A DNA stretch of 32,000 nt, taken from Corynebacterium amycolatum (lineage in GTDB: Bacteria > Actinomycetota > Actinomycetes > Mycobacteriales > Mycobacteriaceae). The stretch lies in NCBI RefSeq assembly GCF_049243625.1, contig NZ_CP046975.1, one strand, 5' to 3'. Under the pieces are notes generated by a model. That model did not search any database. It was given only the letters and a program-made list of their open reading frames with translations, and was not told the DNA's origin. Made by a program: the position numbers and the translations under genes. Positions 7,938-18,990 of the stretch are shown here, one piece after another (the stretch's first letter is position 1; each line of letters begins with the position of its first letter).

Positions 7938-8033
7938 GGGAGGGAGTTTACAGCGTGGGCTTTTTGGCTACTCCACGGGCGGGGTCTCCGGGAACCCGTC
8001 GTAAAGCGGAGACGTTAGCGGACTCGATGCGAA

Positions 8034-9567
<1,534 letters not shown>

Positions 9568-9632
9568 ACCCGCTCTCTGAGCCAAGCACCGCCACTGTGA
9601 CCAGTTACACTTTTCACCGATTAGGTAGGAAA

Positions 9633-10070
9633 TTACCTAAATACGGCAACATTCCAGGGATACGTCGCAACAGATTCGAGTAATTCGTCGAACTCACGCA
9701 GCACCGGATCCGGGGGCAATTCTGCACGCGGAGTCAGTAGCTCCGAGAGGTCCATAGCGAGTTCATTGAGAGAACCACCGTGCTGATCGAAGCTCAAGAG
9801 ATAACGGAATACCTTCCTCTCTCCAAGCGGCTCCTTCGGGTTCTCGCGCTCCCACTGCTCCACCAACTGCGCGTCAGTGTCCGCCGACGCCACCGACACA
9901 GCCACATCACTAACCCGCCCGGCGCGGTCAAACTCACTCAACTTAGTACGAAATGCCTCGGCCAGCGCCTCCGATTCGGTCGGCTTCACCAGGCAGTGAA
10001 AAACAATCTTCGACATAACTTCACAGGCTAAGCCACGCGAGACGGCCAGACAATAACTAACCGTCGTCAA
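9633..10070 (-). CDS. Hypothetical cytoplasmic protein, no recognisable domain
   Basis: 145-aa ORF with a TTG start at 10070. An ATG at 10016 (MSKIVFHCLVKPTESEAL...) gives 127 aa and looks more likely. It is acidic with no TM segment, and its stop codon lies inside a TTAGGTA/TACCTAA hairpin. Confidence 0.55.
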   Translation of the reverse strand: MTTVSYCLAVSRGLACEVMSKIVFHCLVKPTESEALAEAFRTKLSEFDRAGRVSDVAVSVASADTDAQLVEQWERENPKEPLGERKVFRYLLSFDQHGGSLNELAMDLSELLTPRAELPPDPVLREFDELLESVATYPWNVAVFR

Positions 10071-10114
10071 GCTCCTATCCCCCTACGTTGACGCGCCGAC
10101 CGCCAGCAAAGACG

Positions 10115-10120
10115 TAGTGT
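10115..10120 (+). promoter_or_regulatory. Candidate -10 (TAGTGT) 7 nt upstream of the GalT-like ATG; possible leaderless mRNA
   Basis: TAnnnT hexamer with no SD before the ATG at 10128. Confidence 0.25.
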
Positions 10121-10127
10121 TGAACCT

Positions 10128-11477
10128 ATGCAGGCTTTCAGCAATCCTCTCATCACGCTTGCCGACGGCACGGTGAAGCAAGTCAATCCTTTTTCCGGTA
10201 CCCAGGTGTGGACAGTCCCCGGTCGTGGCAATCGGCCGCTGGGAATTAAGCACACGGATCCGCAGCCACTGAGCGAGGAGGATTTTGGTTCCCGCGATTC
10301 CTTCGGCTGGAACAATCTGCTGCAAACCCCACCAGAGAAGGCCCGCGTTGTCCTCGATGACTCAGTATTCGGCGGTTACACCACAGTGACCGGAGTACTG
10401 CCTGACCAGCTCTTCGACACCACTGCGGAATTCCGCCGCGTGCCCAACCTGTTCGAAATCGTCTCGTATGACTACTGGGCGGACAACTACGGATTCGAGC
10501 CCGACCGCGAGACTCAGCAGCGTATGGAAGCCTACCTCGACGACCCGATGGGCCGCGAGCATGTGCTCAACATCATTCGCACGCGCTACCGCGCCGCTGG
10601 ACGCAGCGAAGAGGAAATCAGCTCGCTTTCCGACGAGGAGTTGCTGCGCCGAGCCCCGAGCTATTTCGCCGGCGGCCACGATGTAATCGTTGCCCGTCGT
10701 CACTTTGTGGACGGCGCTACTCACGATAACCAGCTGGCTTCTTCTGGCACGTTGAGCGTTGCCGAGCACCGCGCACTCATTGCGTTTACCGTCGAGTCGA
10801 TTGCTGACCTGTACCGACGTAACCGCTACGTGCGTTATGTGGCCGCTTTCCAAAACTGGCTGAAGCCGGCAGGCGCGAGCTTCGATCACTTGCACAAGCA
10901 GCTTGTGGCCATCGATGAGCACGGCGAGCAGCTCAAGCGCGAAGTGCGAGCGGTGCGCAAGAACCCGAATATCTACAACGAATTCGCAGTGGACTATGCT
11001 GCCCGCCACAATCTGATCATCGCGGAAAATGAGCATGCAGTGGCTTTTGCCGGATTCGGACACCGCTACCCCACGCTGGAGATTTTCTCGAAGTCGGACA
11101 TCTGCGAACCGTGGCTGCAAACCCGCGCTGAAATCGACGCCATGTCGGATCTGATTCACGCCTGTCATGCCGCTGCCGGCCCCACCATTCCATGCAATGA
11201 GGAATGGCATCACCGTCCTGTCGATTTGGATGCCCGCATGCCATGGCGGGTGATGATTAAGTGGCGCACCTCGAACTTGGCCGGCTTTGAAGGTGGCACC
11301 AAGATTTATCTGAACACCATCTCCCCATGGGATCTGCGCGACCGCGTCGTACCAGAGATGTACCGTCTACGGGAGACCGGGAAGATCTCGGACAGCATTC
11401 ACATTGCGACCGAGTGCCAGTGCCTGCCGAATTCCCTGAAGTACAACCCGCTTGTCGAGGACGGAACGCGACTGTAG
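10128..11477 (+). CDS. GalT-like / HIT-superfamily branch III nucleotidyltransferase-phosphorylase homologue (DUF4921-like)
   Basis: 449-aa ORF. The motif SFDHLHKQLV gives the H-x-H-x-Q signature of the galactose-1-phosphate uridylyltransferase branch. The N-terminal NPFSGTQVWTVPGRGNRP resembles the GalT N-terminal motif. The substrate cannot be inferred. Confidence 0.65.
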   Translation: MQAFSNPLITLADGTVKQVNPFSGTQVWTVPGRGNRPLGIKHTDPQPLSEEDFGSRDSFGWNNLLQTPPEKARVVLDDSVFGGYTTVTGVLPDQLFDTTAEFRRVPNLFEIVSYDYWADNYGFEPDRETQQRMEAYLDDPMGREHVLNIIRTRYRAAGRSEEEISSLSDEELLRRAPSYFAGGHDVIVARRHFVDGATHDNQLASSGTLSVAEHRALIAFTVESIADLYRRNRYVRYVAAFQNWLKPAGASFDHLHKQLVAIDEHGEQLKREVRAVRKNPNIYNEFAVDYAARHNLIIAENEHAVAFAGFGHRYPTLEIFSKSDICEPWLQTRAEIDAMSDLIHACHAAAGPTIPCNEEWHHRPVDLDARMPWRVMIKWRTSNLAGFEGGTKIYLNTISPWDLRDRVVPEMYRLRETGKISDSIHIATECQCLPNSLKYNPLVEDGTRL

Positions 11478-11523
11478 GCCTCTGGGCAGAAAATAGAGAA
11501 AGAAGTAAGGAGTCTTAATCCAG

Positions 11524-12801
11524 GTGAGCAACAATGAAGCACGACTGAGCCGCATTCGCGACCTCATCGCCACCCATCGAGTGCCGTTGGACAAACAGTG
11601 GGAAATCTACCGCTACCTGCACCAGCACCCGGAGCTGTCTCAAGCAGAGGAGAAAACTGCCGCTTATCTGGCCGGTGCTCTTCGCGACATGGGCACTTAC
11701 ACAGTGCATGAGGGAATCGGCGGCCACGGCCTCGTTGGTGTCATGGAAAATGGCCCCGGCCCCACTGTGCTGTTCCGCGCTGATATCGATGCGCTTCCAG
11801 TTTTCGAGGAAACAGGTGTGGACTTCGCTTCCTCAGCCACCGGTACCGCCCGCGATGGTTCCGCCACCGCCGTCATGCACGCCTGCGGCCATGATATGCA
11901 CATGACGGCTGGTCTTGGCCTGGCTAGCCTGATGGCAGCGACTAAGTCTGAGTGGTCGGGTACTTTCATTGCCTTGTTCCAGCCCGCCGAGGAACTGGCC
12001 TGCGGTGCACAGGCCATGATTGACGACGACCTGGCAGACCTCATCCCCACCCCAGATGTGTGCTTCGGCCAGCACATTGTTCCCGGCCCCGCAGGTCAGG
12101 TAATGACCATGCCCGGCCCGGCACTTGCTGGCTGTGACACCATCAGCATCACGCTGACCGGTCGCTCCGCGCATGGATCTATGCCACACAACGCCATTGA
12201 CCCGACGTACTTGGCCGCCGCGATCGTTCTGCGCTTGCAAGGAATTGTGGGGCGCGAGATTCCTCCCCACGAGTTTGGTGTTTTGTCCGTCGGCACGCTG
12301 CAGTCTGGCAATTCGAATAACACAATCCCAGGTCAGGCCAAGATTGTGCTGAACATTCGCTACTACTCCAACGAGGTACGCGCCAAGCTCATTGCGGGCA
12401 TTGAGCGCGTTGTTCGTGGCGAGTGCCTGGCTTCCGGTACTGAGGTTGAACCTGTGATTGACTACTCGGATCACGGCGAAGTCACTGACAATGATTCGGA
12501 GGCGTTTGCCACGATTCGCCCGGTCTTGGACGCTGTTCTCGGCGAAGACTCCACCGATGCCGTGCCGTGGACGGCGTCGGAGGACTTCTCAGACCTTCCC
12601 CGTGGCCTGAACTGCCCGTATGTCTACTGGACAGTTGGCGCCACACCTCGGGATACGTGGGAAGCCGCCGTTGCTGCCGACCGCGTGGTCGAAGACGTAC
12701 CATCGAACCACATGCCGACCTTCCTGCCGGACTTCAAGCCAACGGCTACCTCCGCGACTTCTGCCGCCGCTGCCGCCGTGCTGTCCTACCTGGCAAAGTA
12801 A
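11524..12801 (+). CDS. M20D-family amidohydrolase (hippurate hydrolase / N-acyl-amino-acid amidohydrolase-like)
   Basis: 425-aa ORF with the metal-binding motif HACGHDMH, plus RADIDALP and GRSAHGSMPH. GTG start with AAGGAG 11 nt upstream. Confidence 0.85.
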   Translation: MSNNEARLSRIRDLIATHRVPLDKQWEIYRYLHQHPELSQAEEKTAAYLAGALRDMGTYTVHEGIGGHGLVGVMENGPGPTVLFRADIDALPVFEETGVDFASSATGTARDGSATAVMHACGHDMHMTAGLGLASLMAATKSEWSGTFIALFQPAEELACGAQAMIDDDLADLIPTPDVCFGQHIVPGPAGQVMTMPGPALAGCDTISITLTGRSAHGSMPHNAIDPTYLAAAIVLRLQGIVGREIPPHEFGVLSVGTLQSGNSNNTIPGQAKIVLNIRYYSNEVRAKLIAGIERVVRGECLASGTEVEPVIDYSDHGEVTDNDSEAFATIRPVLDAVLGEDSTDAVPWTASEDFSDLPRGLNCPYVYWTVGATPRDTWEAAVAADRVVEDVPSNHMPTFLPDFKPTATSATSAAAAAVLSYLAK

Positions 12802-12871
12802 AGGTTGTTTGTCGGCCACTTGCCACCGCGCACAGGGACAAAAAGACAGCCCAGGTTGAAAGGCTCTAGCA

Positions 12872-12908
12872 AAAAGCCGGTAAGCCCCACAAGGGCTTAC
12901 CGGCTTTT
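12872..12908. terminator. Bidirectional rho-independent terminator between the convergent amidohydrolase and pyk genes
   Basis: Perfect 16-bp stem AAAAGCCGGTAAGCCC / GGGCTTACCGGCTTTT with loop CACAA. The A-tract and T-tract are built into the stem ends. Confidence 0.85.
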
Positions 12909-12924
12909 CAAATGTGCCAAAGAG

Positions 12925-14340
12925 CTAGCGTGCGTCCTCGCCAATAACGTGGACGTGAATCATGTTGGTATTGCCCTCATTTCCTGGAGGGGTACCAGCA
13001 ACAACGACCAGCGTGTCACCAGCGTTGTAGTTTTCCATGGTCAAGAGCTGCTCATCGATGACCTGCATGATCTCATCCGTGCTGTTAACCTCGCGCACCA
13101 AGAAGGTCTCCGCGCCCCACGTCAGCGCAAGCTGCGAACGAACCTGCTGATTCGGAGTGAATACCAGCAGCGGCAGGCGAGAGTGCAAGCGTGCCACACG
13201 GCGAGCGGTATCACCCGAGGTGGTGAAAGCAACCATAGCGCGGGCATTCAAGCGCTCACCAATATCGCGAGCTGCGTAGGAAATAACACCACGCTTAGTG
13301 CGCGGCATGTGAGTCAGCGCAGGAACTTCCCCCTCGCGCTCAGCGGCGGTAACGATGCGAGCCATGGTCTTCACCGTGGCCTGCGGGTACTTACCAATTG
13401 AGGTCTCACCCGAAAGCATCACGGCATCTGCACCATCGAGCACAGCGTTGGCCACGTCGGAGGCCTCCGCACGAGTCGGGCGCGAATTCGAAATCATGGA
13501 GTCGAGCATCTGGGTGGCCACGATGACCGGCTTGGCGTTCTCGCGGGCAATCTGAATAGCGCGCTTCTGAACCAGCGGAACATCTTCCAGCGGCACCTCA
13601 ACACCGAGGTCGCCACGAGCAACCATCACGGCATCGAAGGCCAGGATAATCGCCTCAAGAGACTCGACTGCCTCTGGCTTCTCCAGCTTGGCGATAATCG
13701 GGACACGACGGCCAACCTCATCCATGACCGCATGGACCAGTTCGACGTCGGAAGGCGAACGGACGAAGGACAGCGCAATGAAGTCCACCCCCAGCTTCAG
13801 AGCGAAGCGCAGGTCAGCGATATCCTTCTCCGACAGAGCCGGCACCGAGATGTTCATCCCCGGCAGGGAAACACCCTTGTTGTTAGAGACCGGACCGCCC
13901 TCGATGACACGACACACCACATCATTGCCATCTACCTCGATGCACTCCAGGCCCACCTTACCGTCGTCGACAAGCAGGCGATCGCCCGGACGGGCATCAT
14001 CAGCGAGGTTCTTGTACGTGGTGGAGACGCGGTCGTGCGTGCCTTCGACATCGTCGACGGTGATGCGCACAATCTCGCCGTCAGCCCAATACGTCGAGCC
14101 TTCCTTAAAGCGACCGAGGCGAATCTTTGGCCCCTGCAAATCGGCGAGAATACCAACCGCACGTCCCGTAGCATCGGATGCTTCACGCACCCAGTGGTAG
14201 TTCTGAGCGTGGTCCTCATGCTCACCGTGAGAGAAATTCAGACGGGCAACATCCATGCCGGCGTTGACCAGCCCGGTAATCCCCTCCAGCGAAGCAACTG
14301 CTGGACCGAGGGTACATACAATCTTCGTTCGTCTAAGCAC
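12925..14340 (-). CDS. pyk: Pyruvate kinase
   Basis: 471-aa ORF with RRTKIVCTLGPA, NFSHG and MVARGDLGVE. GTG start. Confidence 0.96.
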   Translation of the reverse strand: MLRRTKIVCTLGPAVASLEGITGLVNAGMDVARLNFSHGEHEDHAQNYHWVREASDATGRAVGILADLQGPKIRLGRFKEGSTYWADGEIVRITVDDVEGTHDRVSTTYKNLADDARPGDRLLVDDGKVGLECIEVDGNDVVCRVIEGGPVSNNKGVSLPGMNISVPALSEKDIADLRFALKLGVDFIALSFVRSPSDVELVHAVMDEVGRRVPIIAKLEKPEAVESLEAIILAFDAVMVARGDLGVEVPLEDVPLVQKRAIQIARENAKPVIVATQMLDSMISNSRPTRAEASDVANAVLDGADAVMLSGETSIGKYPQATVKTMARIVTAAEREGEVPALTHMPRTKRGVISYAARDIGERLNARAMVAFTTSGDTARRVARLHSRLPLLVFTPNQQVRSQLALTWGAETFLVREVNSTDEIMQVIDEQLLTMENYNAGDTLVVVAGTPPGNEGNTNMIHVHVIGEDAR

Positions 14341-14373
14341 GGCCTCCAGCCTAGTCCCTTAACGGGCTATGCG

Positions 14374-15297
14374 TCAGTTGGAAACACTGTGAGCTTCAGC
14401 AGCCTCGCACTCTCCCCTGACTTCAGCTGCGGTTTCGCGGCTCTTCGCTCGCAGAATCCACAAAGCAATCACAGCGCAGAAGAAGACCACGAGCGACGTG
14501 ATGTTATTAATACGCACACCGAATATCAGCGTTGCGTCATCGACGCGCATGAGTTCAATGAAGAAACGTCCCAAAGTGTAGGCTGCGACATAGAGTGCAA
14601 AGACGCGGCCGCCGCCCATCTTGAACTTTCGGTCCGCCCAGACAATGACCAGACAGGCGAGGACGTTCCACACCATCTCGTAGAGGAACGTCGGATGCAC
14701 CACGGCCAGCACTTCGCCTGTCGACGTTCCGGTGACAGGGGCAACTCGGCCAAACTCATCAACTCGTTGGTAAATTTCCAGACCCCACGGAAGCGACGTT
14801 GGGCCGCCGTAGAGTTCCTGGTTGAACCAATTGCCCAGACGCCCAATGGCCTGACCAAGGATGATTGCGGGTGCGGCCGCGTCAAGAACTGGCGCAAACG
14901 GCGCCTTCCGCCACTTAGCGACCGCCCACGCGGCCAGCACCCCCAGCGCCACCGCTCCCCAGATACCGAGACCACCATTGGTGATCTTCAGTGCATCGGC
15001 GGGATTGGCGCCGGGGCCAAAGTACTTCTCCCAGTCGGTGGCGACGTGGTAGAGACGGCCGCCGATAATGCCCGCAGGAATAACCGCAATGGCAATGTCG
15101 AGGACCAACTCCGGGTCTCCACCCCTGGCCACGTAGCGGCGCTGCATCCAGTAAATGCCGACAAGTACGCCAACCAAGATGGAAATCGCGTAACCGCGCA
15201 GTGGTAGCAGCCCTAACTGCCACACCCCCTGCGGCGGAGAGGGAATGTTGGCCAGATACGTCGTTGCAGTCTCAGCGAGAACAAGGGTGGAACTCAT
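14374..15297 (-). CDS. lgt: Prolipoprotein diacylglyceryl transferase
   Basis: Motifs [16 protein letters not shown] and [13 protein letters not shown]. The open frame reaches 15339, but the ATG at 15297 (MSSTLVLAE...) lies just downstream of the trpA stop and gives the usual N-terminus. Confidence 0.9.
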   Translation of the reverse strand: MSSTLVLAETATTYLANIPSPPQGVWQLGLLPLRGYAISILVGVLVGIYWMQRRYVARGGDPELVLDIAIAVIPAGIIGGRLYHVATDWEKYFGPGANPADALKITNGGLGIWGAVALGVLAAWAVAKWRKAPFAPVLDAAAPAIILGQAIGRLGNWFNQELYGGPTSLPWGLEIYQRVDEFGRVAPVTGTSTGEVLAVVHPTFLYEMVWNVLACLVIVWADRKFKMGGGRVFALYVAAYTLGRFFIELMRVDDATLIFGVRINNITSLVVFFCAVIALWILRAKSRETAAEVRGECEAAEAHSVSN

Positions 15298-15304
15298 AGA
15301 TGCG

Positions 15305-16084
15305 CTAGCTCTCTCCTCGTACGCCCGCGGCAAGTTCACGGGCGAGCGTTACCAGGTCATCGGTGCTCTTCATCGCGGCCTTGATCAGTGCCGAGCCAAC
15401 GATTACGCCATCTGCAAACTCGGCAATCTCCGCGGCCTGTTCCCCATTGGAGACGCCCAAACCGACGCACACCGGTGTATCGGTAACCTCACGCGTGCGG
15501 GCAACCAACTTGCCGGCGGCCGAGTCGACACTGGCCTGGGCACCTGTGACTCCCATGTGGCTAGTGGCGTAGACGAAGCCGGTCGACGCGGTGGCAGTTA
15601 GCTGCAGACGCTCGTTGGTCGATGACGGAGCAACCAACATGATGTTGGACAGACCATTGGTCTCAGCTGCACGCTGCCATTGGCCGGCCTCCTCGGGGAT
15701 GAGATCCGGGATGATGGTGCCACGACCACCAGCGGCGGCCAAGTCCTCAGCGAAACGCTCCGGACCATACTGGAGAATCGGATTCCAGTAGCTCATGACC
15801 ACACAGGTACCGCCGTGCTCGGTGACTTCGCGGACCACACGCATAATCTCACGGGTGCGGAAGCCCGCATCCAGAGCCACGTTGGCGGCATCCTGAATGG
15901 TTGGGCCATCCATCATCGGGTCGGAGAAAGGCAGACCAACCTCGATGATGTCGGCGCCAGCGTCGACAATCGCCTTGATGTTCTCAATCGACTTATCGGT
16001 AGTCGGGAAACCCGCTGGGTAGTAGCCGATAAATGCTGCGCGGTTTTCCTCACGGACTTTGTCAAAGACGTCACTCAGACTCAT
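15305..16084 (-). CDS. trpA: Tryptophan synthase alpha chain
   Basis: 259 aa with [22 protein letters not shown]. The ATG directly follows the trpB TAA (TAAATG). Confidence 0.95.
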   Translation of the reverse strand: MSLSDVFDKVREENRAAFIGYYPAGFPTTDKSIENIKAIVDAGADIIEVGLPFSDPMMDGPTIQDAANVALDAGFRTREIMRVVREVTEHGGTCVVMSYWNPILQYGPERFAEDLAAAGGRGTIIPDLIPEEAGQWQRAAETNGLSNIMLVAPSSTNERLQLTATASTGFVYATSHMGVTGAQASVDSAAGKLVARTREVTDTPVCVGLGVSNGEQAAEIAEFADGVIVGSALIKAAMKSTDDLVTLARELAAGVRGES

Positions 16085-17320
16085 TTAGGACTCCTCCATC
16101 AGATCAAACCACTTAGCAGCGGTGTCGACATCCTTGTCACCGCGACCGGAAACATTGACAATAATCAGCGGCTTACGGCCCAGCTCTTCATTCAGGTCAC
16201 CGCTGATGAGTCGGGCGGCAGCCACCGCGTGTGCGGACTCGATAGCGGGCAGGATGCCCTCCATCCGAGTCAGGTCCTGGAATGCCTGCATCGCCTGGGT
16301 ATCGGTCACCGGCAGGTAGGACGCGCGATCAATATCAGCCAGATAAGAGTGCTCCGGGCCCACACCCGGGTAATCCAGACCCGCAGAGATCGAATGCGAC
16401 TCTGTAATCTGGCCGTCCTCGTTCTGCATCAGGGCGGCGAAGGAGCCCTGGAACACACCCGGATTACCGGCGGCCGAAATAGGGGCTGCGTGGCGACCGG
16501 TCTCAACACCATCGCCGCCAGCTTCAGCGCCAATCAGGCGAACCGATTCATCATCGATGAAGTGGTGGAACGCGCCGATTGCATTAGAACCGCCGCCAAC
16601 GCAGGCCACGACAGCGTCGGGAAGCGAGCCGGTCTCCGCGAGAATCTGCTGGCGTGCCTCGGCGCTGATGATGCGCTGGAAGTCGCGCACCATTGTTGGG
16701 AACGGGTGCGGACCGGCTGCAGTGCCGAAGCAGTAGTAGGTGTCATCGGCGTGTGAAACCCAAAAACGCATGGCCTCATTGATTGCGTCCTTGAGAGTCT
16801 TCGAACCAATCTCGACCTCGATAACCTCAGCGCCAAGCAGGCGCATGCGGGCGATATTGAGACGCTGGCGAATCGCGTCGACCTTACCCATGTAAATACG
16901 GCAGTTAAGGCCGAGCAGCGCACAAGCGGTGGCGGTTGCAACACCGTGCTGTCCGGCACCGGTCTCGGCAATGATGTTCTTCTTACCCATGCGCTTGGCA
17001 AGCAGGACTTGGCCCAAGACGTTATTAATCTTGTGGCTGCCAGTATGGTTCAGATCCTCGCGCTTGAGCCAGACGTCAGCGCCGATGTCAGCGGAGAACT
17101 TCTCCGCGTAGTACAGCGGCGAGGGACGGCCGACATACGTACGCTGTAGCCGGTCGAGCTCATCGAGAAAATCCTGATCAACGCGGGCCTTCGCGTAGCC
17201 ATCGGTGACCTCACCGATGACGGCCATCAGCGCCTCTGGCACAAACTGGCCGCCCCACTTACCCCAGTGCCCAATGGCATCTGACTCGTGGTTCGTTGTC
17301 TCCGCGATAACCTCACCCAT
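16085..17320 (-). CDS. trpB: Tryptophan synthase beta chain
   Basis: [11 protein letters not shown] (PLP lysine) and GGGSNAIG. The open frame extends to a GTG at 17374. The ATG at 17318-17320 ([14 protein letters not shown]...) gives about 411 aa, the usual actinobacterial length, so the start is uncertain by 18 codons. Confidence 0.93.
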   Translation of the reverse strand: MGEVIAETTNHESDAIGHWGKWGGQFVPEALMAVIGEVTDGYAKARVDQDFLDELDRLQRTYVGRPSPLYYAEKFSADIGADVWLKREDLNHTGSHKINNVLGQVLLAKRMGKKNIIAETGAGQHGVATATACALLGLNCRIYMGKVDAIRQRLNIARMRLLGAEVIEVEIGSKTLKDAINEAMRFWVSHADDTYYCFGTAAGPHPFPTMVRDFQRIISAEARQQILAETGSLPDAVVACVGGGSNAIGAFHHFIDDESVRLIGAEAGGDGVETGRHAAPISAAGNPGVFQGSFAALMQNEDGQITESHSISAGLDYPGVGPEHSYLADIDRASYLPVTDTQAMQAFQDLTRMEGILPAIESAHAVAAARLISGDLNEELGRKPLIIVNVSGRGDKDVDTAAKWFDLMEES

Positions 17321-17422
17321 CGTAGGCAAGCGGTCACCTCGGGCATCATGATTCTTGAAATCTTGGTCACTCACAGTTATCTATTGTGGACTATCCCCAC
17401 CCGTTGCGGGGAGATAAGGCCT

Positions 17423-17450
17423 AAGAAACTGTGGTGCGCCAGCACAACAG
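17423..17450 (-). terminator. Terminator-like hairpin inside the trpC-trpB spacer
   Basis: The minus-strand RNA reads CUGUUGUGC-UGGC-GCACCACAG (8 of 9 bp, tetraloop) followed by UUUCUU. It is oriented with the operon. Confidence 0.4.
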
Positions 17451-17480
17451 GTGTGACACGCAACCAAATGAGGCGGAATT

Positions 17481-17513
17481 CGCGGTGCGATGCAGCTGAT
17501 TATCGCAACCGCG
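17481..17513 (-). other. GC-rich stem-loop 8 nt downstream of the trpC stop
   Basis: CGCGGTGCGAT / ATCGCA(A)CCGCG forms an 11-bp stem with one bulged A and a 10-nt loop. No T-tract follows. Confidence 0.4.
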
Positions 17514-17521
17514 GACTATCG

Positions 17522-18328
17522 CTACTCGCTGCGGAGTGTCGGGTGAACACCGGCGGCAACGAGACGTCGGCAAGCCTCACCCGGCTTGCCCGCGGTGACC
17601 AGCCCCTCTCCCACCAGCACCGCGTCGGCGCCGTGGGAGGCGTAGTAGCGCAGTTCCTCCGGCCCCTTGACACCGGACTCTGCCACCTTCACAACATGAT
17701 CCGGCAGCATCGGTGCAAGGCGTTCGTACACGGAGAGGTCCACGTCGAGAGTCTTCAGATTGCGGGCGTTGATGCCGAGGATCTTGGCACCAGCAGCCTC
17801 GGCGCGCTCAACCTCTTCAGCGGTGTGCGCCTCAACTAGAGCGTTCATACCGAGCGACTCGGTGCGATCCAGCAGCGACTCCAGTGTCGGCTGATCCAAA
17901 GCGGAGCACATCAACAGCACCAAATCGGCACCATGCGCGCGAGCCTCATGGACCTGGTACGGAGTGACGATGAAGTCCTTGCGGAGCACCGGAATGTTCA
18001 CCGCGCGGCGCACGGCATCGAGGTCAGCGAGCGAACCGCGGAAGCGGCGCTCCTCAGTCAGACAGGAAATGACAGCCGCGCCACCCTGCTCGTACTCTGC
18101 CGCCAAAACTTCCGGCGAGGGGATGTCAGCCAGCTCTCCTTTTGACGGAGAGGCACGCTTGACCTCTGCAATCACCTGCACCCCAGGCTTTGCCAGTGCC
18201 GTCACGGTATCAATCGGCGACGGTGCCTTCAGCGAGAGCTCCTTGATTTCACGGTAGGAAATCTTGGCTTCCCGAGCAGCGAGATCTTCCCGCACGCCCT
18301 CAATAATCTTGTCCAGAACGTTAGCCAC
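17522..18328 (-). CDS. trpC: Indole-3-glycerol phosphate synthase (monofunctional, no TrpF domain)
   Basis: 268 aa with [12 protein letters not shown] and LRKDFI. GTG start 4 nt after the upstream stop. Confidence 0.95.
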   Translation of the reverse strand: MANVLDKIIEGVREDLAAREAKISYREIKELSLKAPSPIDTVTALAKPGVQVIAEVKRASPSKGELADIPSPEVLAAEYEQGGAAVISCLTEERRFRGSLADLDAVRRAVNIPVLRKDFIVTPYQVHEARAHGADLVLLMCSALDQPTLESLLDRTESLGMNALVEAHTAEEVERAEAAGAKILGINARNLKTLDVDLSVYERLAPMLPDHVVKVAESGVKGPEELRYYASHGADAVLVGEGLVTAGKPGEACRRLVAAGVHPTLRSE

Positions 18329-18332
18329 GGCC

Positions 18333-18983
18333 TTACTCCTTATCCAGATCCGTAGGATCTACACCGGCATCCAAAGCATCCCACAGAACTCGACCCGACT
18401 GCGGGTCTTCCTCCAGATCCTCGGCGATACGCTGACGGCGTACCTCCGGGGTCTCATACGCGCTGGACTTCTGTTTCTTCACAGCACCCGGTCGACGTAC
18501 CAGCAATACCGCCCCTACCAGCGCCAGTGCGCAGCACAGCAAGGCCAGAGCTGGCCCCATCGCGTGTACCTGAATGTTATCGACCTGCGCCCAGTCTGCC
18601 ACAGTCACCGCATCACTGGCGCGCTGTGAGGCGCTTCCCGATGTCAACAAATCCAGTGCCCGCTGGGAGTCCACACCGTCTTCTCCGCTGGCAAGCAAAG
18701 TCATCGGGGTCCACGACGCCGCAATTGCGAGCAGCGCCGCAAGCCCACCGACAATACGGCGGCCGAGTGCGCCCAAAATGGTGGTGGCAAAAAGCGCGGC
18801 CACCATTGCCAGCGCAATCGAGGTCAACTCCGGAGCCCATACTGCGCCCACCAAATCTGTGGTCGCAGGACCGGACTTGTCGTCGACAGTATCGACTGTC
18901 AGCCACGCACTTCGGCTGCACAACCACATTCCCGCCGCGGCCACACCAATGAGGCCACCGGAGAGCATCGTTGTCGACTTCAT
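18333..18983 (-). CDS. Trp-biosynthesis-associated membrane protein (Trp-region conserved membrane protein family)
   Basis: 216-aa ORF with several TM helices. It sits between trpE and trpC exactly as in the mycobacterial trp region, with gaps of 7 nt and 4 nt to its neighbours. Confidence 0.75.
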   Translation of the reverse strand: MKSTTMLSGGLIGVAAAGMWLCSRSAWLTVDTVDDKSGPATTDLVGAVWAPELTSIALAMVAALFATTILGALGRRIVGGLAALLAIAASWTPMTLLASGEDGVDSQRALDLLTSGSASQRASDAVTVADWAQVDNIQVHAMGPALALLCCALALVGAVLLVRRPGAVKKQKSSAYETPEVRRQRIAEDLEEDPQSGRVLWDALDAGVDPTDLDKE

Positions 18984-18990
18984 CGAAAAC

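Noticed and set aside
10362-11213. 283-aa ORF on the minus strand
   Set aside because: It is antisense to the GalT-like gene, which carries the HxHxQ motif. It has no motifs of its own.
13732-15207. 491-aa ORF on the plus strand
   Set aside because: It is antisense to pyk and lgt, both of which have unmistakable motifs. It is a shadow ORF with R/G/D-rich nonsense composition.
15680-16756. 358-aa ORF on the plus strand
   Set aside because: It is antisense to trpA and trpB and is a shadow ORF.
17388-17520. 8-bp direct repeat GGACTATC at 17388-17395 and 17513-17520 in the trpC-trpB spacer
   Set aside because: An 8-mer repeat within about 200 nt is expected by chance fairly often. It is not used as evidence.
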